From positions 57,040,001-57,104,000 of the forward strand of contig OX597831.1 in the NCBI GenBank assembly GCA_951406725.2: 64,000 nt of DNA. Reading direction: 5' to 3'. Below the pieces are notes generated by a model, which was not told where the DNA came from, ran no database searches, and was given only the letters and a program-made list of their open reading frames with translations. This document shows, in pieces, positions 28,948 through 43,730 of this stretch (its first letter is position 1; every line of letters begins with the position of its first letter). This DNA comes from Octopus vulgaris (taxonomy: Eukaryota). Both the position numbers and the translations under genes were made by a program.

Positions 28948-29398
28948 TGTATGTATGTATGTATGTATGTATGTATGTATGTATGTATGTATGAATGTAT
29001 GTATGTGTGTATGTATGTGTGTATGTATGTATGTATGTGTGTATGTATGTATGTGTGTATGTATGTATGTGTGTATGTATGTATGTATGTATGTATGTAT
29101 GTATGTATGTATGTGTGTGTGTATGTATGTATGTGTGTATGTATGTATGTATGTGTGTATGTATGTATGTGTGTATGTATGTATGTATGTATGTATCTCT
29201 TCTTTTACACGTTTCGGGCATTTAACTGCAACCATTCTGGAGCATCGCCTTAAAGAGTTTAGTCGAAGGAATTGACCCCAGGACTTATTCTTTGTAAGCC
29301 TAGTACTTATTTTATCGGTCTCTTTACCGCTAAGTTTCTGGGAAATAAACACCGACATCGGTTGTCAAGCGATGGTGAGGGTACAAACCAGATACAAA

Positions 29399-29460
<62 letters not shown>

Positions 29461-30068
29461 CACGACACGCTTCTTTCAGCTTCTGCCTATCAAATCCACT
29501 CTCAAGAGTGGCTGGCCTGAGGCTTGCCCAAGGTGCCACGCAGTGGGATTGTACCAGGAACCATATGGTTGGGAAGCAAGCTTCTTACCACACAGCCACA
29601 CCTGTATGTGTGTTTGTCTCCTTGCCTAGACATTACGTGACGGCTGTTCAAAGCGTCACTGTTATATAAGCGGTGTCCACCGTCTCCAATTTTCCGTGTA
29701 AATATCTTTAACTAGGAGAAATACTACCTTGTTTAGAAACAAATGAGGGTTGGTGATGGGAAGGACATCCGGCATAAAACATTTTCCTCAACAAATTTTA
29801 TTTGGCACATGCAAACATGGAAAAGTGGACGTTTACACGATGTTGGTGATAATTATCAGAAGGTACGTTTTGCATGCTAAATGGGATGCCCTTGTGGTTG
29901 CGACTGAAGCATCTTCAGAATATTATTGATGGTGAAAAGGGGAATCAACTGTCTCAAGATCTCGCTCACAGCTGTTCTATTTTTTCGAAGTTTCTTTTCT
30001 GAGCAAAACGTAAGGTAGGAGGTGAATATCTGCCCCAAATTTTTTCAGAAATTAAGATTGTTATTTAC

Positions 30069-30189
30069 CTTGTTTTGGAAGAGGGAACGGTACTCCAAAA
30101 TAGTCTTCAAAGTATTCCAAGACCTTAATGCCAATATCTAGGGCAAGTCTGGCCTGGTCGATTGCTTCTGGTCTGGCCCACACGCGATA
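30069..30189 (-). CDS. M1 aminopeptidase internal exon c
   Basis: ttttgttag|...|gtaaat; encodes YRVWARPEAIDQARLALDIGIKVLEYFEDYFGVPFPLPKQ; 121 bp, phase 0 to 1. Confidence 0.93.
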
Positions 30190-30656
30190 CTAACAAAACA
30201 AAATAGTACAACACATTAAACTAATTACAGACGCAAACGCGTCATCAAAACCAATACTCATAAGGACTTAACAGAAAAGAGTTTTAACATAAAGCGCATC
30301 ATATATAAGAGTAAAGACAATAAATTTGGGTTTTCTAAAGACATTAGCATCATAACTGTATTAAAATAGATAAAATCTTGAATGGGAAACAAGCAGCAAA
30401 TTCACCTTAGACAAAAGTTTGCCCTTATCTATGTTTTAATATAGGGATGTTGAGAATTTGAAATTGGAGAAATGGGACTGTTGTGGCTTTCATGCTTTTC
30501 CCATGAGGCAACACTTTCCAGGATTGAGTTCACAGTCTGATAATTATTTCGTCGTTTTTTGTCGAAATACTAAATTATGGGAAACTATTTCTTATATTGG
30601 TGTAAACAGCTATGCACACCATCACACATAATATGCACATCTATCTACCTACCTAC

Positions 30657-30722
<66 letters not shown>

Positions 30723-30752
30723 CTTTCTCTCTTTCTCCTACAATATATATAT

Positions 30753-30801
<49 letters not shown>

Positions 30802-31970
30802 AGACAAAAACAGGTTTCTAAGCAGTTTCCGGCTATTGAATTTCAAGATATTGATAAAATGCCGTGCAACGCGACTGAATCCGGAACCACGAGGTTTCAA
30901 AGCAGACTTTCTAACCATACAATGAAACCTGCATCATAGAATAATATAAGTGAAGTGAATTTCTATTAAACAGAAATTGAAATCGGATCTCATATTTTCT
31001 CACTGGGGGCTGTGAATGATCGCTACAATAGCGACACGAACAATCGCAATGTCATAATCAAAACAACCTCACCCTATTATTGGCACTTATTTTATTGAAA
31101 CTAATGATTTTGGAAACATGATTGTACTGGAGATTGCTATTCAAGGGGAGAGAATCGTATCTAGGTTTACTTTTGTATTATACTGAGAAATCTATATCAA
31201 AGAGAGATGAAGGCCATACATATATTTCTATATAATTCTTTTTTTCCTTCTTCTTTTCCATGAGATAAAGTCTTTAAAGTTACTTGTAGCCGTGGATAGC
31301 ACTATTTCGCCTCTCTTTTGTACTACTCGTCAGCTGGACGAGAAATTGATGACTATCATTCAATTAGAATATGGTTGCTAGTTCATCTATCTTCCATAAT
31401 CAAACCTCCCACAAATCATACCTTAACATTTTAAATAAAAGGACACATTAGACAATGTTTTTACATGTCCATATTATCAAAGACTTGAGGATTATACCTC
31501 CAATACTTTTCTTAAATCTTTTCAAAGCTGATTGTTGCTTATTCTGTAGCTGGGGTATCTGCAGGATTTTATTTTAACCAATGATACACAGGAGTGGTTA
31601 ATTGTTGTCTTTTACGAGGGATTTACTCTCAGCACTGTATGTAAACTAAACACAAATTTATTATACAATTCTCTTAGCAGTGATACATATTTACGAATAA
31701 GTGCAGTGGGTCATCGCCTCAAACAATCAGCCATTTGATGCACTCTCTATATGACACTACTTATGTTGTCTAGAAAACTAACCACATTCAGATCTTATAC
31801 AAATGCATATTACATTAAAAAAGACTCATTTTTTTATCGGTGCTAAACAAATAAACATAATGTCCTTAATTTTTTCGGGGCAATATTTCAAATGAAACAG
31901 TCTTCCTATATTTCGTTTTTGGATTTGGTTTGCAAGATTCTTTATATGATTTCGTGTGTTGAAGCATATT

Positions 31971-32235
31971 CTGTTGTGTCTGGGGAGAGTCATTTTCTTT
32001 TTGTGTCTTATAATGTAACACACTCACCGGTAAAATTTCCACTTGTTTTTTATTTTTATTTTCCTAAAAGTTTCGTTGCGTCTTGCAACCTTTTCAGAGT
32101 CAAGACTATTGAAATGGTTGCAAGACGCAAGGAAAATTTTAGGAAAATAAAAGTAAGAAAGAAGTGGAAATTTTACCAGTGAGTGTGTTACATTATAAGG
32201 CACAAAAAGAAAATGACTCTCCCCAGGCACAACAG
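31971..32235. repeat. Imperfect inverted repeat (arms about 125 bp)
   Basis: ctgttgtgtctggggagagtcatttt... / ...aaaatgactctccccaggcacaacag. Confidence 0.9.
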
Positions 32236-32872
32236 AGTCTTCCCATATTTAAATTCATTTCAAAAACTACTCAAATATTTAAGAGGATTTAGTAAAATTA
32301 ATAGAAAGAAAATTTTCAATATATAGTTGGTGCAGAGGGGCGAGTTGGCAGAATCATTAGCACGCCAGACAAATTGCTTAACGGCATTTCACCCGTCTTT
32401 ACGTTCTGTGTTAAAATTCCGCCGAGCTCGACTTTGCTTTCATATTTTCAAGGTCGATAAAATAAGAACCAGTTGCGCACTGAAGTTGATGTAATGGACT
32501 AGCCCATACTTCGAGACTGTTGGCATTGTGCCAAAATTTGTAATTATTATTTAGGTGGTGCTTAAGGTGGCGAGCGGGCGGAATCATTACCACGCTGGAC
32601 AATATGCTTAGCTGCATTTCGTCCGTCTTTACGTTCTGAGTTCAAATTCCGCCGAACTCGACTTTCTCTTTCACCCTTTCAGTGGGGTCGATGTAATTGA
32701 CTTACCCCTTCTTGAAATTGCTGGCCTTGTTAAAAAATTTGAAATCATTATTTAGGTTGTGTTTTAAAGGCCTTAATTCGGCGGGTCAATTCCTAATCGA
32801 GTCGTAGGGGAACCATCGTGAACTGGGTATTTTTAAGCCCAGTAGAGTCCAACCTCTCTAGAGCTGATTTCT

Positions 32873-32941
<69 letters not shown>

Positions 32942-33001
32942 AGAGAGAAATAGAGAGGGGGAATTAGAGTCAGTACTGAACTGGTACTTCGAATCTGAAA
33001 A

Positions 33002-33237
33002 GGCGGCGAGTTGGCAGAAACGTTATCACGCCGGGCAAAATGCGTAGCCGTATTTCGTCTGCCGTTACGTTCTGAGTTCAAACTCCGCCGAGGTTGACTT
33101 TGCCTTTCATCCTTTCGGGGTCGATTAAATAAGTACCAGTTACGCACTGGGGTCGATATAATCGGCTTAATCCGTGTGCCTGTCCTTGTTTGTCCTCTCT
33201 GTGTTTAGCCCCTTGTGGGTAGTAAAGAAATAGGTAC
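33002..33237 (+). mobile_element. tRNA-derived SINE family A
   Basis: Near full-length match to the copies at 21765 and 41869. Confidence 0.8.
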
Positions 33238-33511
33238 TTCGAAGCTGAAAGGATGAAAGCAAAGATTGGAACTGAAAACGAAAAGAATAGGAACGAATGC
33301 TGCATTGGTATTCTATCCGACGTTATACTGACACTCTTGATTCGCCACCTTTGTGTTTAAAAGAGAATTTAACAAAAAAATGTTCTGTTAAAAAACTGTG
33401 AAAGTATTATAATTCAAGAACGAAAACTTTAAAATGAGTAGCGCTAGTTTCAGGGAGGGTGGTTTAACAGTATTAGTGTAAGTACGTGGGCTTTTAATGC
33501 TCGAAAAATAC

Positions 33512-33629
33512 CTGGACTCCAGTTTTAGTTTTGTTTTCCAGCGAACTGAAATCACACACAATAAAGGCCAACAGGTATGTAGACATCTTTGATGTGATGT
33601 TATAAACGTCAGCGATAAAATCATTGTCT
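33512..33629 (-). CDS. M1 aminopeptidase internal exon b
   Basis: tttttcag|...|gtattt; encodes DNDFIADVYNITSKMSTYLLAFIVCDFSSLENKTKTGVQ (MSTYLLAF motif); 118 bp, phase 2 to 0; this frame is not in the ORF track. Confidence 0.93.
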
Positions 33630-33800
33630 CTGAAAAACAAAAAACAAAAAAACAAAAAAAAAAAAAACAATTGAGAATACTTTTAACATTCAGAAGTGAA
33701 ACTTGATATCATAAAGCATTTATAATAGCGTGCACAACCAGCCTGGAACCCACTCACTTTTACATACTCATACACGGATATATAGAAGGGAGTGAGGGAG

Positions 33801-33867
<67 letters not shown>

Positions 33868-34314
33868 GGGATGGATGGAGGGAGGAAGGAAGCGAAAGAG
33901 AAAGTAGTTGTGCGCAGAAACTAAAATGATCAGATCAAAATTATATCTGATTACCTACATTCTCTCATTCTCTATAACCGTATTCTCTCTCTCTCTGTTT
34001 CTCCCTCTTCGTCTCTCTTTCTCTCTCGTTCACTCACTCACTCACTCTCTGTACACACACACATGCACAAACACACACATGCTTATGTATTTCATGGCTT
34101 GTTATAGATATAGCGATACTAATAGCTGGCTGTTAGAACTCGGTATTCTTGCGCTTTTAGAGTAAAGCGCCAGGAGAATTCAGAACGTAACATCAGTTTA
34201 TGGATGACAAAACCACAGGAGTTACATTACCACCTTGTTTTCAGTATAATACGAATAAAACACACGTAAACAAGGATGGCAGCTAATTTTAATGAAGTTT
34301 TATCTTTCATACTC

Positions 34315-34587
34315 TTTACTTATTTGTTTCAGTCATTTGACTGTGGCCATGCTGGAGTACCGCCTTTAGTCGAGTAAATCGACCCTAGGACTTATTCTTT
34401 GTAAGCCTAGTACTTATTCTATCGGAGTCTTTTGCCGAACCACTAAGTTACAAGGACGTAAACACACCAGCATCGTTTGTTAAGCGATGTTGGGTGGGGG
34501 GGTGTGACAAATACAGACGCACATACATACATACATACATACATACATACATACATACATACATACATACATACATACATACATACA

Positions 34588-34653
<66 letters not shown>

Positions 34654-34825
34654 TATATACGACGGGCTTCTTTCAGTTTCCGTCTAACAAATCCACTCAC
34701 AAGGCTTTGGTCGGCCCGAGGCTATAGTAGAAGACACTTGCCCAAGGTGCCACGCAGTGGGACTGAATCCGGAACCATGTGGTTGGTAAGCAAGCTACTT
34801 ACCACACAGCCACTCTTACGCCTAT
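34315..34825 (-). mobile_element. SINE family B with internal microsatellite
   Basis: Head ggctgtgtggtaag..gttccggattcagtcccactgcgtggcacc. Other copies at about 18350, 26520, 28790, 29200, 37830, 43375, 45425. Confidence 0.75.
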
Positions 34826-35660
34826 TAATAATTTTCTTTTTTATTTGTGACTATCTTTCGTGGTATGGTAAATCCATTATGGTGAAAGTATTATATATTA
34901 GCTACATAGGAACTGAAAATTATTCAACAGTGTTGACATTGATAAGTCCCTTTGGGGACTTTGGGGGCGCTGCAGCCATGCAGAGTATCTTGGACGAGAA
35001 AGTCTGGTAGAACCCATCCCTCTCCAGGCTAAACTCATTTCTACAGACTGCAACAAAGTGAAATGAATTATTTTGCTCAAGAACACAACGGATCGACTGG
35101 TCCAGGGATCAAAACCACAATCTTACGGTCGTGAATCCAACACCCAAACTATAAGCGACGTGCCTCCACTTGTGTTACTCTTTTCTACAGCTGAGTGGAC
35201 TGGAGCAACGTGACGTGAAATGTTTTGCTCAAGAACACAACGCATCTCCCGGTTCAGGAATCGAAACAACAATCTTACGATCGTGAGCCTAACACCCTAA
35301 CCACTAAGCCACGCGAGTAAATTCAGCCACTCCAATATTTTTGATAAGGTCACAACACGATGTATTTGAGAATATTTTTGCTTATATTTTATCACGCTGC
35401 TTCCACACAGCAACCTTTTCAATAAACGCTAACGCAAAACTAGGGTAAAAGGCGTTCAGACAAAAAGTATACTTATCACAATTTTCGCGTTTCTTCCTTC
35501 TCTCACACATGCGCATGCGTCATGCAGGAATTTTGCATGTATTTTGATAAAAATCAGCTCTACTTCCCCTCTCCCACAAGTATATATATACCTTTATATA
35601 TGTATATAAATATATATACATATATAAAGGTATAAATAAATCATTAACATATATATATAA

Positions 35661-35695
<35 letters not shown>

Positions 35696-35709
35696 GTATA
35701 TATATATAC

Positions 35710-35740
<31 letters not shown>

Positions 35741-35772
35741 TAAATACATGCATGCATATGTAGATGCATATA

Positions 35773-35819
<47 letters not shown>

Positions 35820-36014
35820 CATACATACATACATACATACATACATACATAAATACATGCATGCATATGTACATGCATATATGATGATATATATATATAT
35901 ATAGATAGATATAGATATATATGGGTGTGTGTATATGTATATATATATATAATTGGTATAGTCGTTTGATTATGCGAAACGCCAGAAGGAAGATAACATT
36001 TACGAACAACAAAC

Positions 36015-36170
36015 CTCTTATCTTGACGGATTATTGGCATATTGGACAGTGAGATCATTGGTGCTTTCCTTACTAGAATCACTCGAAATTTGGCTTTGAT
36101 TGCAGGTTCATCAAAACATGGAAAAGCTTGTCTGGCGAATGTAGCTTGGAACTGTGTTGTTGCTATATAT
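36015..36170 (-). CDS. M1 aminopeptidase (aminopeptidase N-like), internal exon a
   Basis: ttttacag|...|gtttgt splice sites; encodes (R)[45 protein letters not shown], the conserved M1 TQF..[11 protein letters not shown]/LSNMP block; 156 bp, phase 2 to 2. Confidence 0.93.
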
Positions 36171-36533
36171 CTGTAAAATAAAGAAACGAAAAGTGTTAAG
36201 AGAGAGAGATAATGAATAAACAATTGATAGTCATTAACGAATTTCACCTATACTTTGATAAAGCTCATCATTAAACTATTGCGTGCGTACTTGTGTGTGT
36301 GCGTGTGTGTGTGTGTGCGTATATGTAGAGAAGAAAGAAACAGAATTAGAGAGACAACGAGAGAGAGAGAAAGAGAGTGGAAGAGAGATACACACAGCGA
36401 GAGTACACACACACACACACGCATATATATACCCTTTTGTCCTTCTAATGTGAACTGTCCGATAAAAAGACTACCGAATACCACAGTAAAGATTATATAT
36501 GTATGTGTGTGTGTGTGTTTATGAAGACATGCA

Positions 36534-36566
<33 letters not shown>

Positions 36567-36570
36567 CTCT

Positions 36571-36601
<31 letters not shown>

Positions 36602-36907
36602 GCATGTATATATGTAAGTATGTATATGTCACACAGGTTTGTCTGTGCAGTTAAGAAACCCGCTTTGCAGAGAGACATGGTTTTGGTTTCAGTTTCACTG
36701 CGCGGCACCTTAAACAAGTGCTTTCTACTATAGCCCTGGGTGTACCAATGTCTTGTGAGGGAATTTGGTAGACGGGAATCGTATGGAAGCTCGCCGAAGG
36801 AAGGGTTATATATATATATATATAAAATAATAAGGGTAGAAATTGATGTTAATCAATTAAATCCAGTGGCTTAGTATATTTAAAAATCCGAAGATGAAAA
36901 GATTTTG

Positions 36908-37204
<297 letters not shown>

Positions 37205-39360
37205 TAGATATATATATAGTTAGATATAACTAGCTAGCTAGCTGGCTAGATAAATAGATGTAGGCTTTTCTAAACAGCTGATATTTATTTGATTGATACT
37301 CAATTTCGACTTCTTTTGATCTTTGGGCGCAGGAAAAATATAAATATGAGTAGAGAGGGAATTGTTATGGTCCGCAGCTCTAAGATAATTGTTTTTTTAG
37401 CCATATTCAATACGGGATTTAGATTCCGAGTAACAATGTACAGAAGGAAACAGAGCGATATAGGATTAATTCAATAGGTTCAGACAGAAATGGTAGTATA
37501 CAGCTGTTATTTCGGAGGAATGAAGGTAATTATATATCAAAGTATATATTACAGGCGCTACAATTAGCATGCTTGTAAACCAGTAGTAGTTGTGATATTT
37601 TAGTTTGGAAGAATATGGATCTCCGTCGGTTTCCACTATCGGTATCTAGTTGTTCGGTGAACGGAACCACCCAGCTCATTAAATTAACATGTAAGTGGTT
37701 GAATATTCCACTGACACTTTTACTCTTAATTCATTTCACAAACTCACTTCTTGATACAATTACATTGTGTAACACGATTTTTGTCCTTGGTGTAGCAACT
37801 GCTATTTCTAATTTATTTATCTTTTATCTTTAATCTGATTCATTCATTAGACTGCGGCCATGCTGGGTCACCGCCTTGAATTTTTAGTCGAATGAATTGA
37901 CCTCAGTATTCATTTTTAAAGTCTGGTACTTATTCTATCGGGTTCTTTTACCGAACAGCTAAGTTACGGGGCTGTGAACACACCAACACCGGTTGTCAAG
38001 TGGTGATGGCAGGAAAGACACACACACACACATACATATGCTATGGGCTTCTTTCAGTTTCCGTCTATCAAATCCACTCACAAGCCTTTGGTCGGTCCGA
38101 GGCTATAGTAGAAGACACTTGACCAAGGTGCCACGTTGTGGCACTGAACCCGGAACCACGTGGTTGCGAAGCAAGCTTCTTACCTTATCCTTAGAAAGTA
38201 TAGAAAATGGCTAATATTTCCTTCAAACTTTGTTTTTGTTACGATATTTATTCAAATCCCCAAGAATCCCTCTCAACACATGGCTGTTATGCACCCCTAC
38301 TACTCTTGCTCATTATCAGAGATGTATATATTGTCAGCCACCAAGGGACATGCTCAAGTGGTTAAGGTCAAGCAACTGACAAGCAAATCTATGGTAGTGA
38401 GCAAAATATTTGCTATAATGATATTTCTGCTTCAGCAACTCAGTGCTGAATCTGTGTGAAATGTAATGGAAAATAGGTCAGATTCAAAGCATTGATGTCC
38501 AGGCCACCAAAGCAAAGTTTGAAGAGAATAACAGTTATTTCCTTTGATTTCTAGATGGAAGCAAATAGAAAATAACACTGACCAAAGATAAAAAAGTAAA
38601 AATAAAAAATAAAAATTCTGTGTCATAGTTATTGTGTTTTATCAGTATCATGCAGTATACAAGCTTGGACATTTGTTCTAAAAATGAACTTTCACTCGTT
38701 AGGATTGGTTGATATTTTAGGTTATGACATTTGTCAAAGGTGCACACACTTTCGTGGTCGCAAAGCGAGGTTCTTTGTTAATCGGTCAGCTGTCATGTTA
38801 CTTAATAAGCCTTTTGCTACTAATATGTCTGAGTGGTTGTGAAGCTCACCTTGTGAGCAAATCTGGGTAACGAAACCATGTGGAAACTCGTCGTATGCGC
38901 GTGTGTGTATGGGTGTGTGTGTGTGTGTGTGCTTGTGTCTGTGTGTCTGTTCGCATATATGTCTTCATGCCTGTGTTTGTATCTCTCATCCCTTGACAAC
39001 CAGTGTTGCTTTGTTTACGTCCCCGAACTTTAGCGGTTCGGAAAAAGAGTTCAATAGAATAAGTACTAGACTTGGTTGATTTGTTCGACTAAACACTCGT
39101 CATAGCAGTGCACCAGCATAGTATACATTGGTAGGCCATTAAACTAAATGGCCTACCAATGTATAGGTAAACAGTAAACGGTAAAACGCAAAAACTGAAT
39201 GGCTTTCTACATTACAACAGTGTCGCCCGAACACAATATAATGTGTGTTGCTTCAGAGCTCAGCACAAGATTAGAAAGAAATCAAAGCTGAAATAGTTTC
39301 AGGCCGTGGAGAATAAACTGAATCTTATTTAGATGCTCCATCGAGTCTGTAACCCGCCAC

Positions 39361-39425
<65 letters not shown>

Positions 39426-39597
39426 TTTCAAATTTGCTTCCATTTCTTGCCGAGTGTCTTCCCGACTCATAGGGCAAAGAAACTCATAGTATACATTGGT
39501 AGGCCATTTAGTTTAATGGCCTACCAATGTATACTATGAGTTTCTTTGCCCTAGGAGTCGGGAAGACACTCGGCAAGAAATGGAAGCAAATTTGAAA
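39426..39597. repeat. Palindrome flanked by (AAT)n
   Basis: About 83-bp arms around the apex ggccatttagtttaatggcc. Confidence 0.9.
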
Positions 39598-39631
39598 GAA
39601 GAAGAAAAACCCATAAATAATAATAATAATA

Positions 39632-39719
<88 letters not shown>

Positions 39720-39744
39720 TAATAATAATGATAATAATAATAAT

Positions 39745-40105
39745 AATTACAAAAGAAAGAACGTGTCCTGGTGGTAACAGGATCAAAGAGAAAGAAGAAA
39801 AACTGAAGAACTATGACGATTTGAAGTGCGAAATACGAAAGTTGCGGTCAATGAGGAGAATAAATGTGGTACCAGTAGTGATTGGCGCACTTGGAAGTAT
39901 CAGCACCCAACTACCATTATGGCTCAAAAAGATTGGTACAAATGCAAAAGTAGAACGCCTACGAAATCAGCATTGCTTGGAACTGCAAGAATTCCTCGCA
40001 GGGTTCTTGAAGCATGATCTGTAGAAAAGTGTCACATTAGTCTGTTGGCTGTTAACAGCTGACACTTTCCATCATACCTAGCAAAATAATCTATGAGTTT
40101 GCATC
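39745..40105 (+). mobile_element. R4/Dong-like LINE 3' fragment within (TAA)n
   Basis: KEEKLKNYDDLKCEI..VVPVVIGALGSI..KSALLGTARI.RRVL; (AAT)n on both sides. Confidence 0.8.
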
Positions 40106-40106
40106 A

Positions 40107-40194
<88 letters not shown>

Positions 40195-40197
<3 letters not shown>

Positions 40198-40982
40198 GAA
40201 AAAGCATGGAAGGAAAAGAAAATGTACGGTCAGTTTGCAAGAGATGTGAACGCCAAGACTATGGATAAGGAGGAATGGCCTGAAGATAGAGACAGAAGCA
40301 CTCATATGCGCAGCTCAGGAATAAGTGTTAAGGACCAATTATATGAAGTGCAGAATAGACAATTCTACCGATAGCGACGAATGCAGAATGTGTGGTGAGA
40401 ATGTCCGAAATTGGCACAACGTGAATACAAAAGACGCCATGAGAATGTGGCAAGAATGATCCATTGGGAGCTCTATGGAAATCACGGCCTACAAAGAACA
40501 AAGACGTGTTATGAACAAACTCCAGAAGGAGTCACCAAAAATGAAAATTTCAAAATCCTGTGGGATGCATTGATCCAGTGCGATCACCCGACAAGACATC
40601 GGAAATCGAACATTGTTGAGGTGAAAAAAAATGTAAGAACATGTATGATAATCGACATAACAGGCTCCGGTGACAACAAGATCAATGTGGAAAAAGAAGA
40701 AAAAATAAATGACTATGACTATTTAAAGTGGGAAGTACGAAGATTCTTGGTAATTGGTGCATTTGGAAGTATAGCACTCAACTACCAGCATGGCTAAAAA
40801 AGATTGGTGCAAGTGTGAAGGTAGAACGCCTACAAAAATCAGCATTGCTGGGAACTGCAAGAATTCTTCGCAGGGTTCTTGAAGCATGACCAGTAAACAA
40901 GTGTCGCCTTAGTCTGCTGGCTGTGGACAACTGACACTTTCCATTATACCCAGCAAAATAAGCTGTGAGTTTTCATGTAATA
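40195..40982 (+). mobile_element. R4/Dong-like LINE 3' fragment (CCHC and REL domain)
   Basis: CRMCG..YKRRHENVARMIHWEL..KILWD.LIQCD..IIDI..EEKINDY; 3' UTR matches 40020-40105; ends in taataa. Confidence 0.82.
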
Positions 40983-40983
40983 A

Positions 40984-41020
40984 CTAGCAGAGAAATACCC
41001 GACCTTGCTCGGGATTAAAA
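40984..41020 (-). mobile_element. Helitron-type 3' terminus
   Basis: Minus strand hairpin cccgagcaaggtcggg, 10 nt, then CTAG-T. Confidence 0.4.
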
Positions 41021-41868
41021 TGGCATAGTTTTTTATTGTTTTACTTGTTTCAGTCATGTGATTGTGGCCATGCTGGGGCAACGCCGTTGGTTGAACGAAT
41101 CGACCACAGGATTTATTCTTTGTAAGCCTAGTACTTCTTCTATCAGTGTCTTTTGTGGAACCGCTAAGTTATGGGAACGTAAACACAGCAACATCGGTTG
41201 TCACGCAATGGTGGGGGTACAAATACAGACACACACAGAGAGGAATATACACATATATACAATAGTCTTCTTTCATTTTCCATATACGAAATCCACTCAA
41301 GTTAGATTGCTAAAACCACATATGTTTCGTGTTTTGACAAAATAACACGGGTTATCCAGTCTGAGGACTAAAATCCCTTTTGCATGAGTGATCTGGTGGA
41401 TAAGAAATCCTGACTTTTTAAGTAAGCTGAGGCTCACATGAGAATATCCCCTGTTTTAAAAGACTGATATAATATCCTGAACCTTCTATAAGAGTTAAGG
41501 TTCATGTAGTAACTTAACGCAAATCTGAACTCCAAAGTATTCGCAAGTTAAGAGGAGGTATACTGATAAATTAAATCTTGTATATAAGTAATAGTTTGTA
41601 TATACCGTAAATCCTCGAGTATAGTCCGCCCTTGAGTATAATATGCAGGGGATTTTTAAGGGGTTGTAGATTGAAGGTTTCATTAATATCAAGGGCAAAA
41701 ATATTCTGCTGAGGTCGACTTTGCCATTTATCCTTTCAGGGTCGATTAAATAAGTACCAGTTGACCACTGAGGACGATGTAATCGATTTACTTCTTTCCC
41801 CGAAATTGCTAGCCTTGAGCCGAAATTTGAAACCAATATCAGAGACAACAATATTGCTTTTCTCTTGA

Positions 41869-42097
41869 GCGGCGAGCTGGCAGAATCGTTAGCACGCCGG
41901 GCGAAATGCTTAGCGGCATTTCGTCTGTCGTTACGTTCTGAGTTCAAATTGCGCCGAGGTCGACTTTGCCTTTCATCCTTTCGGGGTCGATTAAATAAGT
42001 ACCAGTTACGCACTGCGGTCGATGTAATCGACTTAATCCCTTTCTCTGTCCTTGTTTGCCCCCTCTATGTTTAGCCTCCCAGCCCCGTGGGCAATAA
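41869..42097 (+). mobile_element. tRNA-derived SINE family A
   Basis: Same head, core and tail. Confidence 0.8.
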
Positions 42098-42607
42098 TGA
42101 CAACAATATTGCTTTTCTCAAAGCTTTTCAACAAAGAGAAACTATTGACGTGTGAATAGAAGTGCAAGTCTCCAGCAATCCTATGGTAGCGCTCATATAT
42201 TTTCACGCTACAAGGGAGTTCACTGTGTTTTATGACTACTGAAGGTGGAAATAATAACATTACTTATCTACATACCCAGTTATAAACGTAGGCTGCTGTT
42301 TCAGTGTAAATATATTTATCTGTGTGTATGTGCATAATAGCAGTAGTAATCCTTAAGTTTTTCTCACTAAATCTAAACAAGTCACGAATCCAGAAAATAT
42401 ATTAACTGAAGAAATAGTTTTTCCCTAATCATTTTGTCTTATGATTTCCCGCTGTCATAACAGTTTGTAAATCAAATATGAAAATGATGTCATTATTGAA
42501 CAAAATTAACATCATGTGATAACTAAAAATATTATTGATAATAAAATTATTATTATTGATTCCATAATGGAATTAATATCGTTAATTTCGTTATGGAACC
42601 AATGATG

Positions 42608-42665
<58 letters not shown>

Positions 42666-42668
42666 TAA

Positions 42669-42774
<106 letters not shown>

Positions 42775-43063
42775 TAATCATCCTCATCATCATCGTCATC
42801 GTCATCATCATCATCATCATAAGCATCATCATCAACATCGTCGTCAATGTAGTGAATCGGCAGAATGATTAGCGTGCCGGACAAAATGCTTAGCGGCATT
42901 TCTTCCGGCTTATTACATCCTGAGTTTAAATTTCGCTGAGGTTGATTTTACCCTTTCATCCTATAGGGGACGATTAAATAAGTGCCAGTTGAACACTGGG
43001 GTCGCTGTAATCGACTTACCCTTCCCACAAAACTTGCTGCCTTGTGTCAAAATTAAACGATTA

Positions 43064-43136
<73 letters not shown>

Positions 43137-43374
43137 CATTAAGTTAGCGAGCTGGCAGAATTTATAGAAGCGTCTAAAAAACATGTTTCCATTCTTAATG
43201 TTCTGATTTCAAATCGTGCCTAGATCAACTTTGCCTTCCACCCTTTCGAGGTCAATAAAATAAAGTACCAAGGAAGTACTGGGATCAATGGAATCGACTA
43301 ATCCCTTGCCCTAAAATTGCTGGCAATGTACCAAAATTTGAAACAATTATTATCGTTAATTCTTAATTATTCCT

Positions 43375-43730
43375 GTGGATGTGTGGTAAGTAGCTTGCTT
43401 ACGAACCACATGGCTCTGGGTTCAGTCCCACTGCGTGGCACCTTGGGCAAGTGTCTTCTACTATAGCCTCGGGCCGACCAAAGCTTTGTGAGTGGATTTG
43501 TTAGACGGAAACTGAAACAAGCCCGTCGTATATATATATATATATACATATATATATGTGTGTGTATATGTTTGTGTATCTGTCCCGTAACTTAGCGGTT
43601 CGGCAAAAGAGACCGATAGAATAAGTACTAGGCTTACAAAGAATAAGTCATGGGGTCGATTTGCTCGACTAAAGGCGGTGCTCCAGCATGGCCAGAGTCA
43701 AATGACTGAAACAAATGAAAAGAGTAAAAA
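43375..43730 (+). mobile_element. SINE family B
   Basis: Forward copy matching 34315-34825. Confidence 0.75.
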
